This document shows, in pieces, positions 28,229-38,351 of a stretch of DNA of 64,000 bases (within the stretch, counting starts at the first letter, position 1; every line of letters starts with the position of its first letter). Position numbers and translations under genes: made by a program. The DNA lies in the IMG/VR virus record IMGVR_UViG_3300044645_002754, positions 6,803 to 70,802 of that record; one strand, 5' to 3'. The DNA comes from a virus. A model generated the notes under the pieces. It made no database searches. It was given only the letters and a program-made list of their open reading frames with translations, and was not told where the DNA came from.

Positions 28229-30598
28229 TTGGCCCTCCAGCATCTCCGCACTGCGACGGCGAACAAGCGTCCGGTTGCCTCCTCCATGGCAGTCGGCCAA
28301 CTCGCCATCAACTACGAGGCGTCAAGTCCTGGCGTTTACTTCAAAGATTCCGCAGGCGCGCTGGTCAAAGCCGGCCCCCTGCACATCGGCGCAACCGCCC
28401 CCAACGTCAGCCCTGCAGCAGGCGGCGCCACAGGCAACACACTCGGTGAGTTCTGGCTCGACACCGCCACAGCTGGCCAGTACATCCTGAAGATCTGGGA
28501 CGGGACTGCCTGGCGTTCCATCACCGTCAACAGCTCCCAGATTGCTGACGGCAGCATCGTCAACGCCGACATCAACGCGAGTGCGGCCATCGCGCACTCC
28601 AAGCTGGCGTCGATGACCTCCGCGCAGGTCCTGCTCGGCAACGCCAGCAACGTCCCGACCTCGACCACGGTCTCTGGCGACGTCACCATCTCCAACACCG
28701 GCGTCACCGCGATCAGCTCCGGTGTGATCGTCAACGCCGACATCAACGCAAGCGCAGCGATTGCGCACTCGAAGCTCGCGAGCCTGACCGCCGGCAACGT
28801 CCTGCTTGGCAACGCCAGCAACGTCCCCACTTCCACTGCGCTCAGCGGAGACGTCACAGTCACGAGCGCGGGCGTCACCGCGATTAAGTCCTCGGTTGCC
28901 CTGGGCGGCTCCCCCACGACCACCACCCAGACCGCAGGCACCAACAACACGACGATTGCAACCACAGCCTTCGTCTCCACCGCAGTCGACGCGGCCCGCC
29001 AGGGCCTGACGGTCAAACAAGCCTGCCGAGCAGCCACCACCGCAAACATCACGCTCTCGGCAACCCAAACCATCGATGGCGTCGCCGTCGTGGCTGGTGA
29101 GCGGGTCCTGGTGAAAAACCAGACCACCGGCTCCCAAAACGGCATTTACGTCGTTGCTGCAGGCGCCTGGACCCGCGCCACCGATTTCGACGCGGACTCC
29201 GACGTCGTCGACGGAGCCTTCACCTTCATCGAAGAAGGCACGAGCAACGCAGACAGCGGTTGGGTCCTCACCACGGACGCCCCCATTGTTGTGGGCACCA
29301 CGGCGCTGGCCTTCGCCCAGTTCTCCGGCGCAGGTCAGATCACCGCCGGAGCCGGCCTCACCAAGAGTGGCAACACCCTTGATGTCGGCACCGCGAGCAC
29401 GTCGCGCATCGTGGTCAACGCGGACAACATCGACCTCGCCACAACCGGCGTCGGTGCAGGGACCTACCGCTCCGTCACGGTCGACACTTACGGCCGGGTG
29501 ACCGCCGGCACCACTCCCACCACCTTCGCCGGCTACGGGATCTCGGACACGAGCGCGAACCTTGCCGCAGCCATTACCGACGAAACCGGCACCGGCGCCC
29601 TGGTCTTCGCCGGGTCCCCAGCGCTCACCGGCACACCGACTGCACCGACCGCGGTCGCTGACACCAACACCACTCAGGTGGCGACCACCGCCTACGTGAT
29701 CGGCCAAGCGTCGAGCACGACGCCGGTCATAAACGGCACAGCGGCAGTGGGGACCTCCCTGAAATACGCCCGCGCCGATCACGTCCACGCCTCAGACACC
29801 ACAAAGGCGAACCTGGCGAGCCCGACGTTCACCGGTACGCCTGCTGCACCGACAGCCGTCGCAGATACGAACACGACGCAGGTCGCCACCACGGCCTATG
29901 TCGTCGGACAAGCCGCCAGCGCCAACCCCCTGGTCAACGGCACCGTGGCAGTTGGCACCTCGCTCCGATACGCCCGCCAAGACCACGTCCACCCCACGGA
30001 CACCACGAGGGCGGCAGTCGCAAGCCCCACCTTCACAGGCACCCCGGCTGCACCGACCGCCGCTGCAGACACCAACACCACCCAACTGGCCACGACCGCA
30101 TACGTCGTCGGCCAAGCCGGCAGTGCCACGCCCCTAATTAACGGCACTGCCGCGGTGGGTACGTCCCTGCGCTACTCGCGTCAGGACCACGTCCATCCCA
30201 CGGACACCACGAGGGCGCCGCTCGCGAGCCCAACCTTCACAGGAACGGTAACTCTGCCTGCGGTCTCATACACCGGGAACGTGAGTTCCACCGCAACCGG
30301 CTTCTTCGACCTGCCGGTGGGTACCACGGCCCAACGCCCTGGCAGCCCGAACTCGGGGATGATCCGCTTCAACACGGACATCGTCCAGTTCGAGGGATAC
30401 AACGGCACCGCCTGGTCTGCCGTGGGAGGTGGGGCCCGTGGCGGAGGCTCCGACCAAGTGTTCTTCGAGAACGACACAACCGTCAGCTCGAACTACACCA
30501 TCACGACCAACAAAAACGCCGTCTCGGCGGGCCCCGTAGTTGTGGCAGCCGGGGTCACGGTCACAATCCCAAGTGGAAGCTCTTGGGTCATTGTTTAG
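28229..30598 (+). CDS. Tail fibre protein with internal repeats
   Basis: Thr/Ala-rich; 2x57-aa and 3x68-aa repeats; IDGV....ERVLVKNQ...NGIY module. Confidence 0.8.
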   Translation: MALQHLRTATANKRPVASSMAVGQLAINYEASSPGVYFKDSAGALVKAGPLHIGATAPNVSPAAGGATGNTLGEFWLDTATAGQYILKIWDGTAWRSITVNSSQIADGSIVNADINASAAIAHSKLASMTSAQVLLGNASNVPTSTTVSGDVTISNTGVTAISSGVIVNADINASAAIAHSKLASLTAGNVLLGNASNVPTSTALSGDVTVTSAGVTAIKSSVALGGSPTTTTQTAGTNNTTIATTAFVSTAVDAARQGLTVKQACRAATTANITLSATQTIDGVAVVAGERVLVKNQTTGSQNGIYVVAAGAWTRATDFDADSDVVDGAFTFIEEGTSNADSGWVLTTDAPIVVGTTALAFAQFSGAGQITAGAGLTKSGNTLDVGTASTSRIVVNADNIDLATTGVGAGTYRSVTVDTYGRVTAGTTPTTFAGYGISDTSANLAAAITDETGTGALVFAGSPALTGTPTAPTAVADTNTTQVATTAYVIGQASSTTPVINGTAAVGTSLKYARADHVHASDTTKANLASPTFTGTPAAPTAVADTNTTQVATTAYVVGQAASANPLVNGTVAVGTSLRYARQDHVHPTDTTRAAVASPTFTGTPAAPTAAADTNTTQLATTAYVVGQAGSATPLINGTAAVGTSLRYSRQDHVHPTDTTRAPLASPTFTGTVTLPAVSYTGNVSSTATGFFDLPVGTTAQRPGSPNSGMIRFNTDIVQFEGYNGTAWSAVGGGARGGGSDQVFFENDTTVSSNYTITTNKNAVSAGPVVVAAGVTVTIPSGSSWVIV

Positions 30599-30610
30599 GA
30601 GTACTACACC

Positions 30611-31927
30611 ATGCCTATCACTCTCAACGGAAACGGATCAATCAGCGGCCTCGACAGCGTCGTTAGTAACAGCACAGTCACAGCACTTGGATTTATTCCC
30701 TCCGGCTCTACTGCAGTCAGCGATGGTATTTTTCTTCCTGGCGCCAACAGCTTGGGCCTCGCAACCGCAAGCACCCAGCGAGTCCACATTGACTCCTCAG
30801 GCCGTGTAGGGATTGGCAAAACTCCCGATGCAACAGCATTTCCAGTTGTAGGCGGTTTGCAATTAGCAGGAGGCGCCAATCTTTTTTCCTGGGGAAACTT
30901 TGGCGGCACATATTTAACAGCAAATGCTTTTTATAATGGCTCAAATTGGATTTATCAAGCAAATAATGCATCTAGTGTGTATATTGCTGCAGATGGTAAT
31001 CACGTGTGGTTAAGAGCCTCAAGTGGGACTGCTGGCAATACTGCAACACTTTTAGAAAGCGCCCGTATCGACACCTCGGGTCGCCTTTTAGTTGGCACGT
31101 CTACTGCGCGTGACTTTTTTGGAGGTACTGACACACCAGCACTGCAAGTAGAAGGCATCGGAAACGCTGGCAGAGAATTGTCAGTAACTTCTTCAACTGC
31201 TAGTGGCAGTGGTGGGGTTGTATTGCTTGCCAAACAAAGAAGTGGCGCCGTTGGCGGTCAGACGATTGTCCAGTCTGGCGATCAACTCGGTTACTTGGGT
31301 TTCCAGGGCAGCGATGGCGCCAAAATGCTTGCCGGTGCAGCAATAGAGGCAACCGTTGATGGCACGCCTGGAGTTAATGATCTCCCGACGAGATTAGTGT
31401 TCTCCACTACCGCCGACGGAGCGAGCAGCCCGACGGAGAGGATGAGGATTACTTCCACCGGCCAGATGCGTCTTGCTGGGGCGGGCATCACATTTAACGG
31501 TGACACGGCAACAGCTAACGAGCTGGATGATTACGAAGAAGGTACTTGGACACCGGTGCTTAGCTTTGGAGGAGGAAGTGTTGGCATTTCGTATACTACA
31601 GCGCCCGTTGGTTATTACACCAGAATAGGACGATTGGTATATGCTCAGCTTGGCTTTAGATTAAGCAATAAAGGAAGCTCAACTGGCGACGTTGCGGTCA
31701 GTGGACTGCCTTTCACCATCAGTGGTGTCGGTTCATTCCTGCACGCAACAGCAGCAGTAAATGCACATTTTCTTACGGCATCTGGAGTAATTGTCCATGC
31801 GTTAGCCGCTGGTGGCACTTCTATTAATTACAGAAAAGTAAACGACAGCAACGCTGATACGTCGCTAAGAGACTCTGATTTTACCAACACTGTTGGTTTT
31901 TATCACAGTCTGGTGTATTTCACATAG
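30611..31927 (+). CDS. Tail fibre / receptor-binding protein
   Basis: IDSSGRVGIG repeats, LVFSTTADGASSPTERMRI and LDDYEEGTWTP; AT-richer than flanks. Confidence 0.8.
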   Translation: MPITLNGNGSISGLDSVVSNSTVTALGFIPSGSTAVSDGIFLPGANSLGLATASTQRVHIDSSGRVGIGKTPDATAFPVVGGLQLAGGANLFSWGNFGGTYLTANAFYNGSNWIYQANNASSVYIAADGNHVWLRASSGTAGNTATLLESARIDTSGRLLVGTSTARDFFGGTDTPALQVEGIGNAGRELSVTSSTASGSGGVVLLAKQRSGAVGGQTIVQSGDQLGYLGFQGSDGAKMLAGAAIEATVDGTPGVNDLPTRLVFSTTADGASSPTERMRITSTGQMRLAGAGITFNGDTATANELDDYEEGTWTPVLSFGGGSVGISYTTAPVGYYTRIGRLVYAQLGFRLSNKGSSTGDVAVSGLPFTISGVGSFLHATAAVNAHFLTASGVIVHALAAGGTSINYRKVNDSNADTSLRDSDFTNTVGFYHSLVYFT

Positions 31928-31988
31928 TTCTAGCCCGCAATGGCTCAAAACTAAACCCTAAACCTGTCGAATCCGGAGGATTCCCCTA

Positions 31989-32243
31989 ATGGCATTTACC
32001 GAACGTAAAGAGCACAAACTTGAAATCATCCCCCCGTTCTCCATCATCCAGTGCCGTGAAGCAAGCATTGTGGAGAAAGATGGTGTTGAAGTCGGTCGTA
32101 CTTATCACCGCCACTGTCGCACCCCAGGAGAAGACGTGAGCCAAGACTGCGCCGAACTGCAAGCTGTGGCAACTGCGCTGTGGACCCCGGATGTAATCGC
32201 AGCCTATGCGGCTTATCAAGCATCACTGAATCAGCCTGGGTAG
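31989..32243 (+). CDS. Small fibre-associated protein (chaperone-like)
   Basis: GGAGG RBS; EKDGVEVGRTYHRH..ALWTPDVIAAY. Confidence 0.7.
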   Translation: MAFTERKEHKLEIIPPFSIIQCREASIVEKDGVEVGRTYHRHCRTPGEDVSQDCAELQAVATALWTPDVIAAYAAYQASLNQPG

Positions 32244-32310
32244 TCCTAGTCACTAATTCTATGACCTACATCATTTCTCAGAACTATCCCGCCGCCCTGG
32301 AGGCAACCCC

Positions 32311-33534
32311 ATGACCATCCGCCTCAACTCCAGCACCAGCGGTTACACCGAGCTCGATGCCCCCGCCATCGGCGGCAACAACACCCTGCGCCTGCCCGGT
32401 GACAACGGCACCAGCGGCTACCTGATGCAGACCGACGGCAGCGGCAACCTGTCCTGGTGCGACCCCTCGAGCCTGCTCAGCCCCTACCGCAACCGCGTTA
32501 TCAATGGCGACATGCGGATCGATCAGAGAAACGCTGGGGCGGCGGTCTCAATTTCGAATAACACGCTATGGCCTGTTGATCGATTTCCTGTTTCAAGTGT
32601 GTGCGATGGTGTTATTTCTGGTCAGCGTAGTTCTGTTGCGCCCGCAGGCTTTACAAACTCACTTCTGATCACTGTGACTACAGCTGACGCAACTATAGGT
32701 GCTACTCAGTATAATATGATTCGGCAGGTTATTGAGGGCTTTAACGTTGCAGACCTGGGCTGGGGTTCAGCCGACGCACAAACGGTAACCTTGTCGTTTT
32801 GGGTCCGTTCTAGCGTTACAGGAACATTCGGCGGAGCCGTACAAAATGCTAGCGAAAACAGGGCCTATGCTTTCACATACTCAATAGCAGTCGCCAATAC
32901 CTGGGAGAAAAAGACGATCACAATTCCTGGAGACACTACAGGCACCTGGGCCAAAGATAACACACAGGGAATGATAATTAACTGGAGCCTCGGTGTTGGC
33001 ACCACTTATTCCTCAACGGCCAACTCTTGGGCCGCTCAATCAAGCTTTAGCGCAACCGGAAGCACCGCGCTGCTTAACACGTTGAACGCCACCTTCTACA
33101 TCACCGGCGTCCAACTTGAAGCCGGCACCGTCGCCACCCCGTTTGAGCGAAGAAGCTATGGTCATGAGTTGAGTTTGTGTCAGAGATATTGCTTCAGATT
33201 TGGAGCAATAGTTGGAGCCTCCGGAGGCCATGTTTACCCGAGATTTCCACTGGGATTTGCCGTCTCGGCTACAGAGGCGTACATTATCTTCGAGCACCCA
33301 GTACCAATGAGATCCCAAGCAAGATCTCTGGTCACAACTGCTCCAAATGGGATTGAGATCATAACCGGAGGTTATGTCGACACTTCTTTCACTACATCAT
33401 TAGGATCGGATACCAATACAGACACAACAACATTTATTGCCTTTGGCAGCATTAGCACTACAGCTTCTTCAGTATTTGTAGCGCGGTTCTACAATTCTGC
33501 CTCAGCAAACTTTCTGGTCTCTGCGGAGCTTTAA
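32311..33534 (+). CDS. Fibre / carbohydrate-binding-like protein, paralogue 1
   Basis: NRVINGDMRIDQRNAG, TLSFWVRSS and ITGVQLEAG..ATPFERRSYGHELSLCQRY motifs. Confidence 0.75.
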   Translation: MTIRLNSSTSGYTELDAPAIGGNNTLRLPGDNGTSGYLMQTDGSGNLSWCDPSSLLSPYRNRVINGDMRIDQRNAGAAVSISNNTLWPVDRFPVSSVCDGVISGQRSSVAPAGFTNSLLITVTTADATIGATQYNMIRQVIEGFNVADLGWGSADAQTVTLSFWVRSSVTGTFGGAVQNASENRAYAFTYSIAVANTWEKKTITIPGDTTGTWAKDNTQGMIINWSLGVGTTYSSTANSWAAQSSFSATGSTALLNTLNATFYITGVQLEAGTVATPFERRSYGHELSLCQRYCFRFGAIVGASGGHVYPRFPLGFAVSATEAYIIFEHPVPMRSQARSLVTTAPNGIEIITGGYVDTSFTTSLGSDTNTDTTTFIAFGSISTTASSVFVARFYNSASANFLVSAEL

Positions 33535-33536
33535 TC

Positions 33537-33788
33537 ATGACCACTTTAGATTGGAAAACGATCCTCCATTCTGATGGATCTATCGCTTACTGGCGAAGAC
33601 TTTCAGATGGTCGCCAAGAATCCGTCACGCCCGATCACCCCGAGTTTCTCGCTTGGCTCGCCGAGGGCAACACCCCCGAGCCTGCACCCGAGCCCACTCC
33701 TCCACCGGAGCTCACCCCTGAACAAAAACTGGCCGCCTCGGGCCTCAGCGTCGAGGACCTCCGCCAACTCCTCGGACTGGACCCATGA
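33537..33788 (+). CDS. Small Pro-rich partner protein 1
   Basis: WLAEGNTPEPAPEP..ELTPEQKLAASGL. Confidence 0.7.
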   Translation: MTTLDWKTILHSDGSIAYWRRLSDGRQESVTPDHPEFLAWLAEGNTPEPAPEPTPPPELTPEQKLAASGLSVEDLRQLLGLDP

Positions 33789-34870
33789 GCAGCATCAACG
33801 TCATCAACATCAAGCACCCGAGTGCGTCCAGCAACGCCATCACGCTGGCCGCCGACGGCTCCGCCTTCATTAACACCGGCGTCCTCGCCTCCCGCAACCG
33901 CATCATCAACGGAGATATGCGGATCGACCAGCGCAACGCTGGGGCGAGTGTGACGATCAACGACGGTGTAATCTACACATTAGACCGTTGGGCCGCTAAC
34001 GATAATAGTGACGGGTCATTTACAGTTCAGAGATCCACCGTTGCTCCTGCTGGTTTCACAAACTCACTGCTTTGTACGGTTGCATCTGCAGACACTTCGC
34101 TTGCAAGCAATCAGTTCGCTTACATCTCTCAAATCATAGAAGGCTTCAACACTGGTGATTTGAACTTCGGCAGTGCCAATGCCAGAACCGTAACGCTTTC
34201 GTTCTGGGTTCGGTCAAGTCTGACTGGCACGTTTGGAGGATCGCTTCGTAATGGAGTTGCTGACAGAAGTTACCCGTTCACCTATTCCATTGCAGCAGCT
34301 AACACCTGGGAATACAAAACAATCACCATTGCTGGTGACACGACCGGAACGTGGGCAACTGACAACAGCGCCGGAATTGGGGTGTTCTTTGGCTTGGGGG
34401 TCGGCTCCGCTACTAGCGGGGCAGCTGGTGCATGGACTGCTGCAAACTGTGTGTCCGCCACAGGTGCTACTAGTGTTATCGGCACCAACAGCGCCACCTT
34501 CTACATCACCGGCGTTCAGCTTGAGGCCGGCAGTATTGCAACACCTTTTGAGCGTAGAAGCTACGGGCTGGAGCTTCAGCTCTGTCAGCGCTACTTTGAA
34601 ATACAGGATCTAGGTGCTGTAACTACAGCATATGTCAGCGGTGGTTACAACTACCACGTTGGCATGGTGCGCTGGAAAGTAACCAAAAGAGTGGCCCCTA
34701 CCACGAATACCCCTGCCGTTGGCAACTATCAACCAGGGGGCGGATCTGGCACAGCGTCCGTAAGCAGCGCGACGGTTGACGGCGGCCTTCTCCTTTCCGG
34801 AAGCACTAATATGACATTCCCGAACCAATGGCTAGGCGGCACAATTCTCACCATTTCAGCGGAGCTTTGA
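33785..34870 (+). CDS. Fibre / carbohydrate-binding-like protein, paralogue 2
   Basis: Same motifs as 32311; both end in SAEL. Confidence 0.75.
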   Translation: MSSINVINIKHPSASSNAITLAADGSAFINTGVLASRNRIINGDMRIDQRNAGASVTINDGVIYTLDRWAANDNSDGSFTVQRSTVAPAGFTNSLLCTVASADTSLASNQFAYISQIIEGFNTGDLNFGSANARTVTLSFWVRSSLTGTFGGSLRNGVADRSYPFTYSIAAANTWEYKTITIAGDTTGTWATDNSAGIGVFFGLGVGSATSGAAGAWTAANCVSATGATSVIGTNSATFYITGVQLEAGSIATPFERRSYGLELQLCQRYFEIQDLGAVTTAYVSGGYNYHVGMVRWKVTKRVAPTTNTPAVGNYQPGGGSGTASVSSATVDGGLLLSGSTNMTFPNQWLGGTILTISAEL

Positions 34871-34872
34871 AA

Positions 34873-35130
34873 ATGAACGCCATCAGTTACAGGTTGATGC
34901 CTAAATGGATGAATGTCATCCAGCGGATTGATGAAAACGGAGAGTGCTTTTCAATCCCCTTCGACCCCGCCAACACCGACTTCCAGGCGTACCTGGAGTG
35001 GGTTGCGCAAGGCGGTGTACCCGAGCCTGCCCCCGAGCCCGATCCCGTCCCCGAGCTGACGCCCGCCGAAAAACTCGCCTCCAGCGGCCTAACAGTCGCC
35101 GAACTCAAAGACCTCCTCGGCCTCACCTAA
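34873..35130 (+). CDS. Small Pro-rich partner protein 2
   Basis: IPFDPANTDFQAYLEWV..PEPAPEP..ELTPAEKLASSGL. Confidence 0.7.
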   Translation: MNAISYRLMPKWMNVIQRIDENGECFSIPFDPANTDFQAYLEWVAQGGVPEPAPEPDPVPELTPAEKLASSGLTVAELKDLLGLT

Positions 35131-35166
35131 CCCCCATCCATAACCTGAAACAACTGCCCCTCAGGT

Positions 35167-35310
35167 GTGGCCGTCAAGAGCAAATCCGGCATCTCCGCTA
35201 CCCGCCGCACCTTCCAACCCGGCCCACCCAAAACAACCGCCCAAGGCCAGGGCCAGCACTCGCGCCCTGAACGCCGAGGACGCAAAAAGCTCCGCGGCCA
35301 AGGCCGCTAA
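35167..35310 (+). CDS. 47-aa basic peptide (not in the ORF track)
   Basis: GTG..TAA encoding MAVKSKSG...KTTAQGQGQHSRPERRGRKKLRGQGR. Confidence 0.65.
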   Translation: MAVKSKSGISATRRTFQPGPPKTTAQGQGQHSRPERRGRKKLRGQGR

Positions 35311-35350
35311 TCACCCTCGATAGCCTGACTGAGTAGCAACCACTCAGGTC

Positions 35351-35596
35351 GTGGTCGAGGTCTTTGCCGCCGTCATCGGTTCCGCCATCACCGTCGGAGC
35401 CATGGGCATCGGTGCCAACACCAGACGAACCACCGAAGGCCGCGACGCCGTCATCAAACTGACCGCCGCCGTCGAGAACGTCGCCGTCCGCCTCGAAGAA
35501 CTCCACGTCGACATCCGCGCTGACCGCAAAGAGACCTACCAACGTCTCAACGGCCTCGAACAGCGCGTCGCCAAGCTCGAGGCCATCTCCCCGTGA
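35351..35596 (+). CDS. Small membrane-anchored coiled-coil protein (possible lysis accessory)
   Basis: N-terminal hydrophobic helix followed by a coiled coil. Confidence 0.6.
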   Translation: MVEVFAAVIGSAITVGAMGIGANTRRTTEGRDAVIKLTAAVENVAVRLEELHVDIRADRKETYQRLNGLEQRVAKLEAISP

Positions 35597-35856
35597 GTAA
35601 CCCCGCCGTCGTCGCCCTTGTCCTCAGGCTGCTCGTCGGCTGTTACAGCTACATGCTGCTCATGGCCAGCGCCAACGTCCTGAGCTGCGAACTCCGCCGC
35701 CCCGGCCAATGCGGCAACCAGTGGACCCAAGCCTTCACCGTCGCCGGCGGCGCCGCCTCCACCCTCTGGGCCTACATCACCGACTCCCCCGCGCAAGCGC
35801 GCACCCCCTCTGACCGAGGGCGGTCCCGCAATCCCTTCGGAGGACCCACCTCATGA
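35593..35856 (+). CDS. Small membrane protein (holin candidate)
   Basis: Two hydrophobic segments; GTGA overlap. Confidence 0.5.
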   Translation: MSNPAVVALVLRLLVGCYSYMLLMASANVLSCELRRPGQCGNQWTQAFTVAGGAASTLWAYITDSPAQARTPSDRGRSRNPFGGPTS

Positions 35857-36119
35857 AATCCTTCCTCATCCGCATCGCCAAAGCGCTGCTCAAAGCCGCC
35901 CTCGATGAGGGCCTCCGCCGCGCCCTCCCCACCGTGTACAAGCAGCTCGACGCCGAAGTGCCCCTGCTCCTGTACAACAACGCTCCCCCGAGCTCGGTCC
36001 AAGGTGCAGTCGCCAGCGCCATCTCCAACGCCACCGGCCATCGCGCCTCCCCTACCGAAATCGAGGCTGTAATCGGTCTCTACGACCCCATCAAAGCGGC
36101 CATCAACCGCCTTCGCTGA
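35853..36119 (+). CDS. Hypothetical protein
   Basis: ATGA-coupled; codon bias. Confidence 0.65.
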   Translation: MKSFLIRIAKALLKAALDEGLRRALPTVYKQLDAEVPLLLYNNAPPSSVQGAVASAISNATGHRASPTEIEAVIGLYDPIKAAINRLR

Positions 36120-36150
36120 CGCCGATACACTGCCTCAGGAGGTCACAGTC

Positions 36151-36492
36151 ATGATCCAGCCTGGGGTCTACAACATCAAACTCCAGCGCCGCGCTGACTA
36201 CAGCGTCCTCCTGGAATTCAAGGACGCCAACAAAGCCGTCATCGACCTGACTGGCTGGACCGTCGCTGCCCAAGTTTGGGACCAAGGCCGCTCCACGAAA
36301 TACGCCGACTTCTCCGTCGACTACGTCAACCGGCCCCAAGGCCGAGTACGACTTCGCCTGGCCTACAGCGCCACCTCCACCTTCCCCAACGAGAGCGCCT
36401 ACGACGTCCTGCTGCTCAACCCTGCCGGCGAGCGCGAGTACTACCTCGAAGGCACAATCCTTGCAGCTGAAGGCTACACATCTGTGTCATGA
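36151..36492 (+). CDS. Virion structural protein (BppU-N-like)
   Basis: IDLTGWTVAAQV..YDVLL..YYLEG motif; AGGAGG RBS. Confidence 0.65.
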   Translation: MIQPGVYNIKLQRRADYSVLLEFKDANKAVIDLTGWTVAAQVWDQGRSTKYADFSVDYVNRPQGRVRLRLAYSATSTFPNESAYDVLLLNPAGEREYYLEGTILAAEGYTSVS

Positions 36493-36776
36493 CCTTCATA
36501 AACGTCACCACAACTCAAGCAGAGATCACGATCACCGAAGAAAACGGTGCGATCACTGCGATCACGACACCCGCGAGCCCGGGGGTCATCACTGCCTACA
36601 CCGAAGGCCCCCAAGGCGCTCCCGGCGCTGCCATCGCCTCCATCGGCCAAATCCCTGACGTCGACACGAGCGCGGTGACCGACGGCTCGGTCCTTGTCTA
36701 CGACAGCTCCAGCTCCAAGTTCAAAGCAAACAACGTCTGGACGACCTCAACACTTTCGGATGGTGGCAACTTTTAG
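36489..36776 (+). CDS. Small fibre-like protein
   Basis: GPQGAPG, DVDTSAVTDGSVLVYD and C-terminal DGGNF. Confidence 0.7.
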   Translation: MTFINVTTTQAEITITEENGAITAITTPASPGVITAYTEGPQGAPGAAIASIGQIPDVDTSAVTDGSVLVYDSSSSKFKANNVWTTSTLSDGGNF

Positions 36777-36833
36777 TCGCCCTACGTCTCCAAACAGCGG
36801 CGATAACTTAGGGCAATGCTCTTCCGCCGGTAG

Positions 36834-38303
36834 ATGGCCAACACTCTGAGGATCAAGCGCCGCGCCAGCGGCTCTCCCGGCGCCCCTACCTCGCTCGCCA
36901 ACGCCGAGCTCGCTTACAACGAGGTCGATGACGTCCTCTACTACGGCAAGGGCACCGGCGGCGCCGGCGGAACAGCAACCACCATCCCTGCAATCGCCGG
37001 CGCAGGTGCCTACCTCACGCTGAGCACGGCTCAGACAGTCAGCGGAAACAAGACCTTCACCGGGGACGTAATCGTCCCCACCCAGCTAACTGCCGACAGC
37101 AGCACCAAGGCAGCCAGCACCGCCTTCGTGAAGGCGCAGAACTACCTCACCGGCAACCAAACAATCACCTTCACCGGTGACGCCACGGGCTCGGGTACGA
37201 CCTCGGTTGCTCTGACCCTGGCGAACAGCGGTGTCACCGCCGGCACCTACACCAAGATCACCTTCAACGCGAAGGGCCTGGCCACCTCCGGCACCACCCT
37301 GGCTGCCAGCGACATCCCAACGCTGACCGCCGCCAAGATCAGCGACTTCGACACCCAGGTCCGCACCAACCGCCTGGATCAGCTGACCGCGCCCACCGCG
37401 GATGTCACGCTCAACAGCCGCAAGATCACCAACCTGGCGGACCCCACCGGGGCCCAAGACGCCGCCACCAAGGCATACGTCGACGCCACCAAGCAGGGCC
37501 TCGACGTCAAGGACTCCTGCCGCGCCGCCACCACAGCCAACATCACGCTGAACGGCACCCAGACCGTCGACGGCATCGCACTGAGCGCCGGCGACCGTGT
37601 CCTGGTGAAGAACCAGACCACCGCCTCCGAGAACGGCCTCTACACCGTTGTCTCCGGTGGCGCCTGGACCCGCACCACTGACGCCGATACCTCGGCAAAG
37701 GTGACCTCAGGCATGTTCACCTTCGTCGAGGCCGGCACCACCAACGCCGACTCCGGCTGGGTCCTGACCACCGACGGCACAATCACCCTCGGCACCACCG
37801 CCCTCGCCTTCACCCAGTTCTCGGGTGCCGGCCAAATCACCGCCGGCGCAGGTCTGACCAAGACCGGCAACACCCTCGACGTCGTCACTGCGAGCGCGAC
37901 CCGCATCGTCGTCAACGCCGACTCGATTGACCTGGCTACAACCGGCATAACCGCCGGCACCTACATCTCGACCACGGTCGATGCGTACGGCCGCATCACC
38001 GCCGGCACCAACCCCACAACCCTGTCTGGCTACGGCATCGTCGATGCCCAGCCTCTCGACGCCACGCTGACCGCCCTGGCCGGCGTCACCACGAGCGCGA
38101 ACCAGCTCATCTACGCCACTGGCTCCGACGCCTTCACCACCACGAGCCTGACCGCCTTCGGCCGCAGCATCCTCGACGACGCCGACGCCACCGCAGGGCG
38201 CACCACCCTGGGCCTCGGCACCATCGCCACACAAAACGCCAACAACGTGGCCATCACCGGTGGGACGATCGACAACATCGACCTCGACGGCGGCGTCTTC
38301 TAA
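36834..38303 (+). CDS. Tail fibre protein (partly paralogous to 28229)
   Basis: ITNLADPT..DAATKAYVD and RVLVKNQT module; C-terminal DGGVF. Confidence 0.8.
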   Translation: MANTLRIKRRASGSPGAPTSLANAELAYNEVDDVLYYGKGTGGAGGTATTIPAIAGAGAYLTLSTAQTVSGNKTFTGDVIVPTQLTADSSTKAASTAFVKAQNYLTGNQTITFTGDATGSGTTSVALTLANSGVTAGTYTKITFNAKGLATSGTTLAASDIPTLTAAKISDFDTQVRTNRLDQLTAPTADVTLNSRKITNLADPTGAQDAATKAYVDATKQGLDVKDSCRAATTANITLNGTQTVDGIALSAGDRVLVKNQTTASENGLYTVVSGGAWTRTTDADTSAKVTSGMFTFVEAGTTNADSGWVLTTDGTITLGTTALAFTQFSGAGQITAGAGLTKTGNTLDVVTASATRIVVNADSIDLATTGITAGTYISTTVDAYGRITAGTNPTTLSGYGIVDAQPLDATLTALAGVTTSANQLIYATGSDAFTTTSLTAFGRSILDDADATAGRTTLGLGTIATQNANNVAITGGTIDNIDLDGGVF

Positions 38304-38351
38304 AGCGCTCCGCCGTCTGTCCAGCCTCCCTAGGCACCCGAGGACGGCCAC

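Noticed and set aside
5310-29788. Many long minus-strand ORFs (e.g. 5310-6515, 9032-10408, 19498-20766, 28322-29788)
   Set aside because: Antisense shadows of strongly biased high-GC genes, with no recognisable motifs
30611-35130. Diversity-generating retroelement acting on fibre tips
   Set aside because: No reverse transcriptase and no template/variable repeat pair differing only at adenines
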